Below, in pieces: positions 12,671 through 24,725 of a stretch of 64,000 nucleotides of DNA (position 1 is its first letter; every line of letters begins with the position of its first letter). The notes beneath the pieces are model-generated. The model was not told the origin of the DNA. It saw only the letters and a list, made by a program, of their open reading frames with translations, and did not search any database. Origin of the DNA: Octopus bimaculoides (Eukaryota). The stretch lies in NCBI RefSeq assembly GCF_001194135.2, contig NC_068996.1:9289804-9353803 (forward strand), read 5' to 3'. The translations under genes were made by a program, and so were the position numbers.

Positions 12671-13344
12671 ACTCATTTTTCATAGTTGAAAAGCTATAAA
12701 TAATAACATATAAAGAATGTGATACCATATCTTCTGAAAGAATTAATTGTGCGAGTATGTGTAATAGTTGAAAGTACATGTGTATATGAAAGAGAGAGGG
12801 GCACTGAAATTGATGGAGGTAGTGGTAATTCTTTGAGCGATATGAATATAGTATTGTAATAGTAGGTGTGCAGGTGTAGTATTGGCATAATGCAGTAGTA
12901 TGATATCAACCTAATATGGCATAATGAGATGTATATGATATTGATTTAATAAGATGTACTACTAATGGGTATGAAGTCAGTGAGAGTTTTTAGCCGTGAA
13001 ACAAGGTGTCATGTGGCTGGTTAGGTGGAAAAAGGTGGAAATGAATACAAGTATAGAGGTTTATCAGTGAAGGTGGTTAGAAGAAAATTAGCCAGTTATT
13101 TATACCCTGTGCAGTAACTGTTCCTTAGTGAAAAATTAACGAGTGTTTTTAACAGTGCTGGGAAATGGAAGCGCTGTAATGTTACAAGAAACCACAAACA
13201 GCAAGATGAAGTAGCGAGTGCCTGGAATAACTGAAGTGCAGCAGGCAATGGTTGTAAGTGTTCCATTGTTAGTCTTTCAGATATCCAACGAATGCTCTCT
13301 AAAACAATTGGCTAACCTCTAAACCACAAAGTTCACATTTAAAC

Positions 13345-13532
13345 TGTCTACATCTGGTCCAAATGTTGTTCCTATTTTGTGTTGAAACCCACCAGATCCA
13401 GCCTCCCACACCTACCCTTAAATGTCATTCTAAAAATTAACAACCACGTCATCAACATCTCAAAGCCATGAAATAATGTGTAAAGGAATAAACATTATAT
13501 TTGACTGAGTCGTCTGAATATGATAGGGTTAA
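13345..13532. mobile_element. piggyBac-type MITE (family F) fragment
   Basis: Family F body ending in ...gatagggTTAA. Confidence 0.65.
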
Positions 13533-13776
13533 TGCAGTACATGTTATAAAAGAGTTACTTTATAAATTTTCTCATTTTGAGTTTTTCAGTTGCTCTTTTT
13601 TTTTATATTTTTGTTTTTATTTATTTTGAGAATTGTACCTAGCCTAGAAAATTTATGGGTCTAGTATTTTAATGGATCTCTGTTAGTGTATGAGATGTTC
13701 TGATTTTACTTTTCAATGTAAAATAGTTTTGTCATCTATAGAACATTCATGTGTGTGATTTTCCTAGCAGACTTAC

Positions 13777-13817
13777 CAATACAACGTGAACCTATTCTTT
13801 TGGCGAAGAACTTGACT
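13777..13817 (-). other. Candidate 41-nt exon
   Basis: Minus strand aatttattttccAG|agtcaag...tgtattg|GTAAGT. Two frames are open (VKFFAKRIGSRCI and SQVLRQKNRFTLY). No homology recognised. Confidence 0.2.
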
Positions 13818-15210
13818 CTGGAAAATAAATTCCAGGTTTTAAGAGGGGAGAAATTTATTCCTGGTTTTATGGAGGGAAACTAGGCTCTAGGTTTTACTTG
13901 TGAAGGACTAGTATTCTGTATTGGGGAAGATCTATTTCTATTCCTATTTCTTTTATTAATTGGTTTGTGCTTGTTTTCATAATCATTTGAATTGACAGCA
14001 GTGTATTACTGGTAGAGGTTTGCTGTTAATTGAGCTAATAACATCAATCAACTGAGTAGTCAGCAGTGGAGCACTGAGTCCATGAAATGTAATGCTTGGG
14101 AACTCAGTACATCTAACTATAGTTGAACCCTGAACACTTAATTACTGTAAGGAGCAGGATGTCTGTTTAATTAATGAGCATTTCCTTAGTTTGCAGTACT
14201 GAGTTGGAATTGCCATTTCTCTGTGAGTGAGGCATCAGGTTGGATGATCTCAATCTAGTTGATAGATTTGGTCTACATTTAGATACGCAGAAGCTGCTGA
14301 CGTCATCATGAAGCAATCCTGTGAGGAATAGAATGCAATGTAGAATCTTTTTTTCTTCTGTAAGTGACTTTAGGGGAACTCTAAATGGTGGAGAGAGGCA
14401 AATTAAAGTAACGTACCTAATCTGGGTTTGTGTTCTGTTGCTTTGGCCAAAATTGTGAGTAATAAAAGTTGTATTTGTGGATTCAGTCTGAATAAAAATA
14501 TTGTCAGTGGTAATAATATGTCATTAGAGCAGACCTGCTATTGGTATACATAAAGGAAGAAAAAAAAAATAACAATAATAATAAAGCATTTTAATAAGCT
14601 CTGCAGATCAATGTAACTTGGGTTTTTTTATGTTCTGTTATAAAATCATTGTTAGAAAAACTGGCAGGTTGTTGTTACTAAGTGTGGTTTTAATGTTCAA
14701 CAGCTGGCCTCACAGAAGTAAAATGTTCAACAGCTTGAAAAGCTGTTTTTTTTTTCCACCCCACCCTGCACTAAGCTTGTCTGGGTGGGGAGGTTGGCCG
14801 TACTAAGTATCAATTACACTGTAACATATGATATTAAATGCCACACTCTGTGTGTGCGTATGTGTGTCTTTCTCTCCCTCCCTCTTTATAAAGTATATAA
14901 GAGTTGAATACTTTATCAGGTAACTTTTTTTTCTTTCATTTTTTAACGAACGTTTTTCTTTGAACATATTTTTAAGAATAGAGAGCTTTAGTTATTTTCA
15001 TATACTTTTTTTTTTTTCTGAATAATTAAGAACTTCAAAGTGTCATAGAGTTAGTACACTTTTTCTTTTCATGCTAATTGAGCTGGTGTTTGGAGTGGAA
15101 CTTAAGGAAAGGTTCTGATACTATGAAAGAGCATTTTTATGCCTTTCGTTACATTGTCATTTATGTAATTTGAGTTGATTCCTTACTTTTTCTGATTGCT
15201 TAAATACAAG

Positions 15211-15344
15211 AGGCTCCAATCTAATCTGGCAGAGTTTCTACCAGATCAGATTGGAACCTGGTGCAGCCATCTGGTTCGCCAGTCCTCAGTCAAATCGTCC
15301 AACCCATGCTAGCATGAAAGGCGGATGTTAAATGATGATGATGA
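15211..15344 (+). mobile_element. RTE-type 3' end with an inverted (fold-back) 5' junction
   Basis: 15211-15240 is family B sequence in reverse orientation. 15241 onward is forward, up to (gat)n. Confidence 0.85.
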
Positions 15345-15853
15345 AGAGCAAGAAAAAGTGCATTCAAATTCCACTGAGGTCAACTTTGCCTTCTATCTTT
15401 TCAGGGTCGATTAAATAAGTACCGGTTGAGCACTGGGGTCACTGTCATCAACAGTCTCCCCCCTCATAAAATTGTAGCCCTTGTGCCTATAACAGAAAGG
15501 ACTAATTAAGCTGGTGTTTGAAATGAAAATTAACATAAAATTTGGGTGGAGGATTTTAGTTTAGTTCACTTTATGCATGGAATTTGTATCTTAGAACTAG
15601 AGAAAGTCTTAAGTGGGTTGATAGCAAAAGGGTTAAATTTTTCATCATCATCATCATTATCCAAGCTAGCACGGATCAGATAAGATTTCTTGAGCCATTC
15701 TTCTACAGTCCGGTACCTTTCCTGTCACCAACATTTATTAGTAAGCAGGATACTTTGTTCTACTGATCTTTGGGCACCTGACCACCAAACTGTTGAACAT
15801 AAAACAAATGATGCCACTAAGCGGAAGCACACAATGCCTGTGCAGAAGCACAC

Positions 15854-15931
15854 ACAGACAAATGTACTCTCACGCACATACAGACAAATGTACTCTCACG
15901 CACATACAGACAAATGTACTCTCACGCACAT
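15854..15931. repeat. 26-bp tandem repeat, 3 copies
   Basis: acagacaaatgtactctcacgcacat x3. Confidence 0.9.
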
Positions 15932-16289
15932 ACACATGCACTCACAAATACACATAAAAGGCATCCATGCTGGTTCCATCCACCAAATTCCACTGAAGAG
16001 GCATTGAACAATAGTAAAAGACACTTGCCTAAGGTGCCATGCCATTGGGATTGAACCCTAAAACCACATGAAACAAAGCAAACTTCTTAACCACACAGCT
16101 ATGTTTGTGCCTATGTAACAATGCATATATATATGTATATATATATATAGCAATTCATTCACACTGATCTGTTGAGAATTCCTCACAGTAAATCAAGTCC
16201 AAATTCAAAGAAAAATATGGGTAAAAGCCAAAACTGTATTTATTACAAAAAAGAAATCTTATTGGAAATATGATTGCAACATACAGAGT

Positions 16290-16770
16290 GGCACATAAAA
16301 GCATCCAGCTGTAGAAACTCTGCCAGATCAGATTGGAGCCTGGTGTAGCTTTCTGGCTTGCCAGTCCTCAGTCAAATCATCCAACCCATGCTAGCATGGA
16401 AAGCAGACATTAAACGATGATGATGATGATATATATATATATATATACAAATATTTATTCATGTAAATATATATATATGTACATACATATCTTTTACTTG
16501 TTTCTGTCATTAGACTGTGGCCATGCTGAGGCACCACCTTGAAGAATTTTCAGTTGAATGAATCGATCCCGGTACTTATTTATCTTCTTTTTTAAGTCTA
16601 GCACTTATTTTATCGGGCTATTTTGTCGAACCACTAAGTTATGAGGACATAATCACACCAACGCTACCTGTCAAGCAATGGTAAGGAACAAACACAGATA
16701 CAAAGACATCCACACGTAGATGCATATATACAATGGGCTTCTTACAGTTTTCCATCTTACAAATCTACAT
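16290..16770. mobile_element. Family B 3' end (+, about 16290-16430) followed by SINE A tail half (-, about 16490-16770)
   Basis: Motif matches to both families. Confidence 0.8.
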
Positions 16771-17901
16771 GCATAAAATCAGTACCAGTTGAGTACTGGG
16801 TCAATGTAATCGATTTAGTCCCTCCCCGAAAAATTGCTGACTTTGTGCCAAAATTTGAAATCACTATACAAAGATTTTTGGCAACAGCCATAGAATGGTG
16901 ATCTTAGCCCTGAAAAGTCGTCAAGGCATGCATTTTTGCTCCCGGCTGCAGCAATTTCACTTCACTTCCTTCCATGTTTTTACCTCTTAACAGAATAGCT
17001 ATAACCTTCAAACAGTCTTTTCCTTGCTTTCTTCATCCTCATCGTCTTCGTCATCCTTTCTCCATTTACCATGTTGACATGGGTTGGATTTCCTTTATAA
17101 ATTTTAAATTTCAAGCTTGAGCTTGTGTTAGAAATTTATTCCTCTTCATCTCTTTCTCTCCCTCTCTTTCTCAATCTCTCTCTATATATATATTTATCTT
17201 TCTCTTTTCTTCTCTCTGTCTCTCTCATGCCTTCTCTCTCTCCATCTTTCTCTTTCTTTCATTCCATCTCTTGTGCCCACTCCCGCTATCTCTCTCTCTC
17301 TCTCTCTCTCATACCATCTCTCTCTCACTCCATATCTCACTCTTTCCCATACCAACTCTTGTGCCCCCCCCCCACTCTCTCTCTTTCGTTTCCTTTTGAG
17401 AAAGAACAACCCTTCTCACTTTGCTAGCTGCCTTCATAATATAGCACTCATTTCTAGCATTTCAAAAGCTGGAAAGGACAACAAGCATTGATAACAATCT
17501 TCTCCCACCTCCTTAATAACTACATGATATCTCTCAGGGTGGCTTTTGTAAAAAAAAAACAAAGAAAAAAAGCCCCATCTGCTGGAGACTTGTGTCAGTC
17601 TGTATCAGAAACAAACTCTCCTATATTAATAATGCCCTGAAGGAAACACAGTATTTTGTTATACAACCATACAACAAAGTATATTAAACATTAATACTGT
17701 GTTCCACTGTTAAGCATTTTATATATTTTGTAGCATATAATGGTTGCATAACAAAATATGATGTCTCTACAACTCATTAACATTTACATACCAGCTTCCA
17801 GGAATGTGTGTTTAATATGTAAATTGGCAAATCCAATAATGTTATTTTGCTGTATTTAATGGCTATTTAAGCAGTGAATTCACGGATGATTAATGGGGTG
17901 G

Positions 17902-17962
17902 ATGGGTGCTGATGAAGGAGGCAAAAACTCCTGAAATATGGCATAAGAAGCCCATTACCCAT
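17902..17962 (+). ncRNA. Degenerate type I hammerhead-ribozyme-like motif
   Basis: ATGGGTG-CTGATGA-AGGAG-gcaaaaa-CTCCT-GAAA-TATGGC...GCCCAT-TACCCAT. The NUH cleavage triplet is missing. Confidence 0.45.
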
Positions 17963-18249
17963 TTTTTTTTTCATCTTCGATCCGCATTGTTGTTTAACAT
18001 CTGATATCTCGGATATGAGACATTGTTAACAAAATCAGTGCTGGCTGTAATTTCTATAAAGAATCCTGTGTAGATGACCTTAACGAGTGAAACTCTCTTG
18101 TGTCACTCGTGAAACATAGTGAACAGTTTTATTGGTCTTCTCGTCAGCGAATCATTCAACTATATCTGCCATTTAATGTGGCACAAGGCCCTGACATTTG
18201 GGAGGGCAGAATATAATCAATAATACATTGGAAGGATGAGATAGCTATG

Positions 18250-18490
18250 ATAAATATAGTGATTCTTATTTTGGCACAAGGCCAGCAATTTTAAGGAAGG
18301 GGGAAGTCGATTACATTGACCCTATTGCTCAGCTGGTATTTATTTTATTGACCCCCCCCCCACCAAATGGATGAAATGCAAATTCAACCTCAGCGGAATT
18401 TGAACTTAGAGTGTTAAGAGCTGGAAGTAATGCCAACTAAGCATTTTGCCCAGCACGATAATAATTCTTACAGCTCACTGCCTTAATAAG
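18250..18490 (-). mobile_element. SINE family C
   Basis: ttggcacaaggccagcaattt...ctggta.ttattttattgacccc...gcggaatttgaact.aga...aagcattttgcccagcacg. Confidence 0.85.
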
Positions 18491-18707
18491 GATGATAATA
18501 CTCTTGTGTGTTTCTCCATCACAACATATGAATGAGAAAGGAAGGGGTGATATCAAATTGGAAGTGGGATGGTGAACATTCAGTGCTGAAAAGAAAAATC
18601 AAACAGCGTTTCAACTGTGTGTGTATGTATGTGTGCAAGGGAAGTATGTGAATGTTTGTATGTGTGATTATTATGTACCTTGTTTATATATAAAATACTA
18701 CAATTAG

Positions 18708-19046
18708 TCGTGAAGGCACATGGCTCAGTGGTTAGAGCGTCAAGCTTACAATCGTGATGTTAGTTTGAATCCCAGACTGGGCTGTATGTTGTGTTCTTGA
18801 GCAAGACACTTTATTTCACGTTGCTCCAGTTCACTCAGCTGTAGAAATGAGTTGCGACGTCACAGGTGCCAAGCTATATCGGCCCCTTTGCTTTCCTTTG
18901 GATAACATTGGTGGTGTGGAGAGGGGAGGCTGGTATGCATGGGCGACTGCTGGTCTTCCATAAACAACCTTGCCCAGACTTGTGCCTAGGAGGGTAACTT
19001 TCTGGGTGCAATCCCATGGTCAGTCATGAGTGAAGGGGGTCTCAGC
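18708..19046 (+). mobile_element. tRNA-derived SINE family D, full length, with 11-bp TSD
   Basis: A box tggctcagtggttaga, B box gtttgaatccc. ACTACAATTAG at 18697-18707 and 19047-19057. Confidence 0.92.
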
Positions 19047-19119
19047 ACTACAATTAGCCATCATTTTTGACGGCATAGGGCCAGCTAGTGATCATGATGA
19101 AAGTGATGGTGACAATAAT

Positions 19120-19801
19120 AAGCCTTTCTACTATTGTGAGGAGGGGCTAAATTGATTGCATCGACCCAAGTGCTCAATTGGTATTTATTTCATTAATCCC
19201 AATAGGATGCGCTTGACTCAGTGGTTAGGGTGTTGGACTCATGATTGTAGTTTCAATTCCTGGACCGGACGTTATGTTGCGTTCTTGAGCAAAACACTTC
19301 ACTTCACATTGCTCCAGTTGACTCAGCTGATAAAAATGAGTAATCTTGCAACCAGATGGTGTCCTGTGCAAGAATGGAATATTTACACCACAGAAACCAG
19401 GAAACCATCCTTATAGGTCTATATCTATATGACTTGGAAATGAGCTTTATCTTATCCTAATCCCAAAAGGATAAAAGACAGTGTCAACCTCAGCAGGATT
19501 TGAACTCAGAACATATAGGCATGCTAACAATCCTACCAGTTTGCTGTTTTGTAATAGTTTCAAATTTGGCACAAGGCTAGCAGTTACAACTAGAAGGGAT
19601 TACCCAGTTACGTCAATTCCTAGTGTTCAACTGGTATGTATTTCATAAAGCACAGAGGGATGGAAAGCTAGGTTTACCGCAGTGGAATTTGAACTCAGAA
19701 TGTAAAGATCCTGAAGAAATGCAGCCTAAGCGGTTTGTCTAATTCGCCAATGATTCTACCAGCTCACTGCCTTACTAATAATAGTAATAATAATAATAAT
19801 G

Positions 19802-19855
<54 letters not shown>
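19120..19855. mobile_element. SINE cluster: family C fragments (-), a family D-like variant (+, about 19215-19430) and a (TAA)n tract (about 19772-19855)
   Basis: Motif matches. Long (aat)n run read directly. Confidence 0.75.
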
Positions 19856-22500
19856 GTCTTGTGCTATAAATATACAGTGCGTGGAATCTAAAGAATGTGG
19901 GAATCAATGACAACTCTGAGAATGCTTTTGGCAACCAAAGTGCTAGCACTGTTTATTAGTAGCAAGTTGTTCCTACTCTGCTAAGTGAACTAGGCTGCTG
20001 TTAAAGACTGAATGCTGTGACCAAAATTTTATTAGCAAGTTTAAATCTAAATTTATTTGTTTATTTATTTATTCATTCTTCAATCTTTTTAAGACCATTC
20101 TGCAAGACTTACCTCTTTTTCATGGACTTTCCAATACAGATCTTTTAGTACTGGTCTGTCTGTCTGTCTCTCTCTCTCTCCCCCCCCNNNNNNNNNNNNN
20201 NNNNNNNNNNNNNNNNNNNNNNNNNNNNNNNNNNNNNNNNNNNNNNNNNNNNNNNNNNNNNNNNNNNNNNNNNNNNNNNNNNNNNNNNNNNNNNNNNNNN
20301 NNNNNNNNNNNNNNNNNNNNNNNNNNNNNNNNNNNNNNNNNNNNNNNNNNNNNNNNNNNNNNNNNNNNNNNNNNNNNNNNNNNNNNNNNNNNNNNNNNNN
20401 NNNNNNNNNNNNNNNNNNNNNNNNNNNNNNNNNNNNNNNNNNNNNNNNNNNNNNNNNNNNNNNNNNNNNNNNNNNNNNNNNNNNNNNNNNNNNNNNNNNN
20501 NNNNNNNNNNNNNNNNNNNNNNNNNNNNNNNNNNNNNNNNNNNNNNNNNNNNNNNNNNNNNNNNNNNNNNNNNNNNNNNNNNNNNNNNNNNNNNNNNNNN
20601 NNNNNNNNNNNNNNNNNNNNNNNNNNNNNNNNNNNNNNNNNNNNNNNNNNNNNNNNNNNNNNNNNNNNNNNNNNNNNNNNNNNNNNNNNNNNNNNNNNNN
20701 NNNNNNNNNNNNNNNNNNNNNNNNNNNNNNNNNNNNNNNNNNNNNNNNNNNNNNNNNNNNNNNNNNNNNNNNNNNNNNNNNNNNNNNNNNNNNNNNNNNN
20801 NNNNNNNNNNNNNNNNNNNNNNNNNNNNNNNNNNNNNNNNNNNNNNNNNNNNNNNNNNNNNNNNNNNNNNNNNNNNNNNNNNNNNNNNNNNNNNNNNNNN
20901 NNNNNNNNNNNNNNNNNNNNNNNNNNNNNNNNNNNNNNNNNNNNNNNNNNNNNNNNNNNNNNNNCAGTACACTCTTAAAGTGGCTGGCATTAGGAGGGAC
21001 ATCCAGCTGTAAAAACTATGTTAAAGCTGACGTTGGCGGGGAGGGGGCTTGTCAGACAGAATGCTGCAGCTCATTGGATTGTGCCAAGCTATCCAACTCA
21101 TGGCTGCAGTATTCTTTAGAAATTGATAATTCATAGAGAAAAGACTATTTGCACCCCCCCCCCATACACACACACACACACACACAAACTTGTAAACAGG
21201 TGTATTTTAATGGTACAGAAGGGAAGGAAAAGTACTCAATGCTGACAGTAGAGAATAAATAATTTGGTCAGCTGGAACCAAACTGGCTGGAACTAGAAGT
21301 TTCAACCAACACTACTATGCCATGTTGAATCCAAATGCATGACTGAAGATATTGGCAGCACAGTGGTTGTTTTTGTTTTTGTTTTTTTTCTTTTGCAATT
21401 TCTTAGGTTTCAGTTAGTTTGGTCTTGGTTGAACAAATTAAGCATTGTGTGTGTGTGTGTGTGTAGGTGTGTCTGTCTGTCTGTAGTTTACAGGGTTGTG
21501 ATTTGTAAGTATTTTTAATTACAAAAATAACTTTATGGACAGTTGAATTAAAGTGAGAACATACGCATGACTGAAGAGTTGGTTTGAAGGCGTTTTATGT
21601 CTGTGCTGGAGTCTGAGTGCTGTCAAGTGAAAATATATTTATATTTCCAGTAATTTGCCTGCCAGTGGCCATGAAAAAAGAAAAGGAAAAAAAAGAAAAA
21701 TACCCTCAACCCCATCACATTAGGTCTGCACACATTACATCACAAGTGGTCACTTCAAAATGAAGGGTTTCTTCTAAAGATAGGAGTGAACAAGTTCAGT
21801 TCTTGGCTCTCTTTTATTTTATTTTATTTTGTTTTTTAAGTGTCAGTACATTGGTACTTTATTTTTTTTTTTTTTCATGCCATAAGTAATTTATGCCAAC
21901 ACTTGAGGTTTTTGAAGCAGAGGGTTGAAGAGTGAGTAAAATTTGATATTCCATTGTTTGTGTTCTTTTGAAAGTAAAAAATAACCTAGAAACCTAGAAA
22001 CCCAGAAATTTTTTTTTTTTTAAAGTTAAAAACAAAAATAAATAAATAAATAAATAAAAATGGTAAATAAAATTACTTCATCAATTTCATCTAAAGAAAA
22101 GTTATTATTAGCTTCAAGATTCAAGATAATTTTTAGATTTCATCTTAGTTTTGTGTTACATGTCTCAGAGTTCAAGTTCTGTATGAGGTGAGGAGAGGGC
22201 ATGTCAGAGTTGACTTCTTATACTTTCACCAGGATTAACTTTTGTCTATAAACTCTTTTGAGTTATGCCCCCTTATTTGTTTTTAGATTTTTAAATATGT
22301 CTATGCAGGGTGCGGCAGGAGTGGAATGTCTACTCAATGCGTAGGTAATAACCTTAGCTGATTGATGTTGATGTTTTTTGCTTAACTATATTACGTATGT
22401 GAAATTTCACCATAGAAACGGTTTGGTGGTTGAGGTGTTTACCGGTTTTTCATCACACTATATACTTTTGATATCCTTACTGAAGGGAATTTCCAGGTGT

Positions 22501-22537
<37 letters not shown>

Positions 22538-22584
22538 ACACACTCCAGCTGTCAGAGCCTGAAGGAAGGCTTAATAAAGATTTA

Positions 22585-22960
22585 TTCTTTTGCTTGTTTC
22601 AGTCATTTGACTGTGGCCATGCTGGAGCACTGCCTTGAAAGATTTACAGTCGAAGAAATCAACCCCAGGATTTATTCTTTGTAAGCCTAGTGCCGAACTG
22701 CTAAGTTACGGAGACCTAAACACACCAACATTGGTTGTCAAGCAATGGGGGAGGGGGACAGACACAGACACAAAGACACACATACACACATAAATATATA
22801 TATATTTATATATATATGACAAAGCTTCTTTCAGTTTCCGTCCACCAAATCCACTCACAAAGCTTTGGTTGGCCTGAGGCTATAGTAAAAGACACTAGCC
22901 CAAGGTGCCACATAGTGGGACTGAACCGGGAACCATGTGGTTCCAGGTTCTTACCATACA
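22585..22960 (-). mobile_element. SINE family A
   Basis: Reverse complement of the family A body and head. Confidence 0.88.
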
Positions 22961-23026
22961 TGTCTGGAATGTGAAGCAAGTTAATCCTAAGACACAGTCT
23001 TTAGTCATGTGACAATACCATAGTGA

Positions 23027-23222
23027 TACAAGGGCAGTGCTAAAAAGTTCCAGGCTTTGGATAAAAGAAAATACAGGAGGGTCAATTAATTATGATTTTA
23101 TTCCACACATTCCTCTCTCAGATTCACACCACTTATTGCAGTGGTCTTTCAGTTTTTGTAAGCTCTGTAAAAAAAAACTTGGAAGGTTGGGCCTCCAACT
23201 AGGCCTTTTGTGAAACCACTTC
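23027..23222 (-). mobile_element. Mariner element 3' end (TIR plus transposase C-terminus), decayed
   Basis: TA-caagggcagtgctaaaaagttcc resembles mariner TIRs of the TACGAGGG type. Minus strand reads LEAQPSKFFLQSLQKLKDHCNK.. like the mariner C-terminal ..FF.xG..KL..RW.KC...G.YVE. Confidence 0.65.
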
Positions 23223-23264
23223 ATATACAACAGTAATGTTAGACCAAAAATTTAGTTTAATGAA

Positions 23265-23520
23265 GATCCCGGAAGTGAATTGAAAAATATTATTGTCAGG
23301 AATTTGGTACATGTGAATCCAAAGATAGTTTTCATTGATGTGACAGTACTAATGATAAGCATTATTATTAATACTAATTACACTAGTAATACTAGTTACA
23401 CCTACCTACAGTTTAATGATGACCATGGAGGGAATTAACAGATGTTATTGTGAGGGATCTTGTACAAAGGAATTCAAACACACAGTCTTCAGTGCCTTGC
23501 TTGTGATAATAATAAAACTT
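23265..23520 (+). repeat. Short interspersed repeat family H, tandem copies
   Basis: (cc)tggagggaattaacagatgttattgt...gtacatgtgaatccaaaga.agt.ttca.tga.gtgac..tactaat. Recurs at about 22985, 40640, 42480, 43230, 43710 and 50555-50860. Confidence 0.7.
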
Positions 23521-23893
23521 CTGAACGAGCATCTTTAATTAGTAATTGAACTTACAATCAATCAGTTTTCCTCCTTTTCTACAAAACTGACCAAAGTTGA
23601 TGAACTGGTGAGCTCTTTTTAATTACCACTTTTAATTAACACTGACAAAGCAGGGATGATTGTTTTGTAAATTTAGATGCAACACAGGTACTGTGAGATT
23701 AAGGTCCTGACTACTACTACTACTACTACTACTAATACTACCACCACCACCACCACCACCACCACCACCACCGCACTAGTTGTAGAAGAGCTAAGTAGGG
23801 AACTTCTTCAAGGTCATTTCACCAGCTAGAAATAGCAGCCAAACTTCATGCTAATAATTGCACTATTTTCGAAAAATAGAAAACACATTGGTG

Positions 23894-24217
23894 AATTGTA
23901 ATGTTATTATCAGTCCAAATATGTTTGATGCAAGTTCAAACTGGGGAACAACTTACTCACTGTGTATTGTCATGGGGAATATATCTCACTTGTTGACAAA
24001 GCATGAGAGAGTCAATCTTTTCAATCAGCTCATAGTGTCATCTGCCTATTACCAAAGAGGAGATAACTACTCCGAAATGCTAGCATCTCACAGTCTAGGT
24101 AGGTGGCGCTGTGAACTGATCTAGTCACCAAGCGAGATGTATTCTTCATGACAAAACACAGTGAGTAGCTTGTTCCCCAGCTTTAAGCATATTCGGACTC
24201 ATAATAACATTGCAATT
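23894..24217. mobile_element. Long inverted repeat (arms of ~95-105 bp), MITE-like or fold-back
   Basis: 23894-23997 is the diverged reverse complement of 24124-24217 (e.g. ctggggaacaa.ttactcactgtgt / acacagtgagtagcttgttccccag). Confidence 0.8.
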
Positions 24218-24370
24218 TTACTTATCACTGATTAGCGCTCCCCCTCCATAACATTGGAGAATGTATTTTTGGTATATATTGACATCTGAATAAAGCAGCA
24301 GGATGGTAACCACAATATTCTATAAAAGCTGGTCCTGCTCCTCCCCCCACTGCCCAAAGAAAAATTCAAT

Positions 24371-24725
24371 GTAAAAAGAACCATTCGAGTGTGATTGTTA
24401 CCAGCGTTGCCTTATTGGCACATGGAAAACAACATTTGAGCGAGGTCATTGCCAGTGCCGCTGGACTGGCTCCTGTGCAGGTGGCACGTAAAAAACAGCA
24501 TTTGAGCATGGCCATTGCCAGTACCGCGTGACTGGCCTTCGTGCTGGTGGCACATAAAAGCATCCACTACACTCTCTGAGTGGTTGGCGTTAGGAAGGGC
24601 ATCCAGCTGTAGAAACTCTGCCAGATCAGATTTGAGCCTGGTGCAGCCATCTGGTTCGCCAGTCTTCAGTCAAACTGTCCAACCCATGCTAGCATGGAAA
24701 GCAGACATTAAACGATGATGATGAT
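24371..24725 (+). mobile_element. Long family B copy (RTE-type 3' UTR with internal ~65-bp subrepeats)
   Basis: Repeated catttgagc..ggtc.ttgccagt.ccg..ggactgg...ggtggcac.taaaa units, then the canonical tail and (gat)n. Confidence 0.88.

Noticed and set aside
1715-15931. Short tandem repeats as possible CRISPR-like arrays
   Set aside because: No unique spacers and a eukaryotic context. They are ordinary minisatellites.
18711-18790. tRNA-like sequences with A/B boxes (also about 39050-39128 and 52181-52250)
   Set aside because: They are SINE heads that continue into SINE bodies with TSDs. No complete cloverleaf or terminator.
24096-24112. AGGTGGCGC CTCF-like core
   Set aside because: The upstream half of the motif is poor and it lies within a repeat-like element, so it cannot be supported alone.
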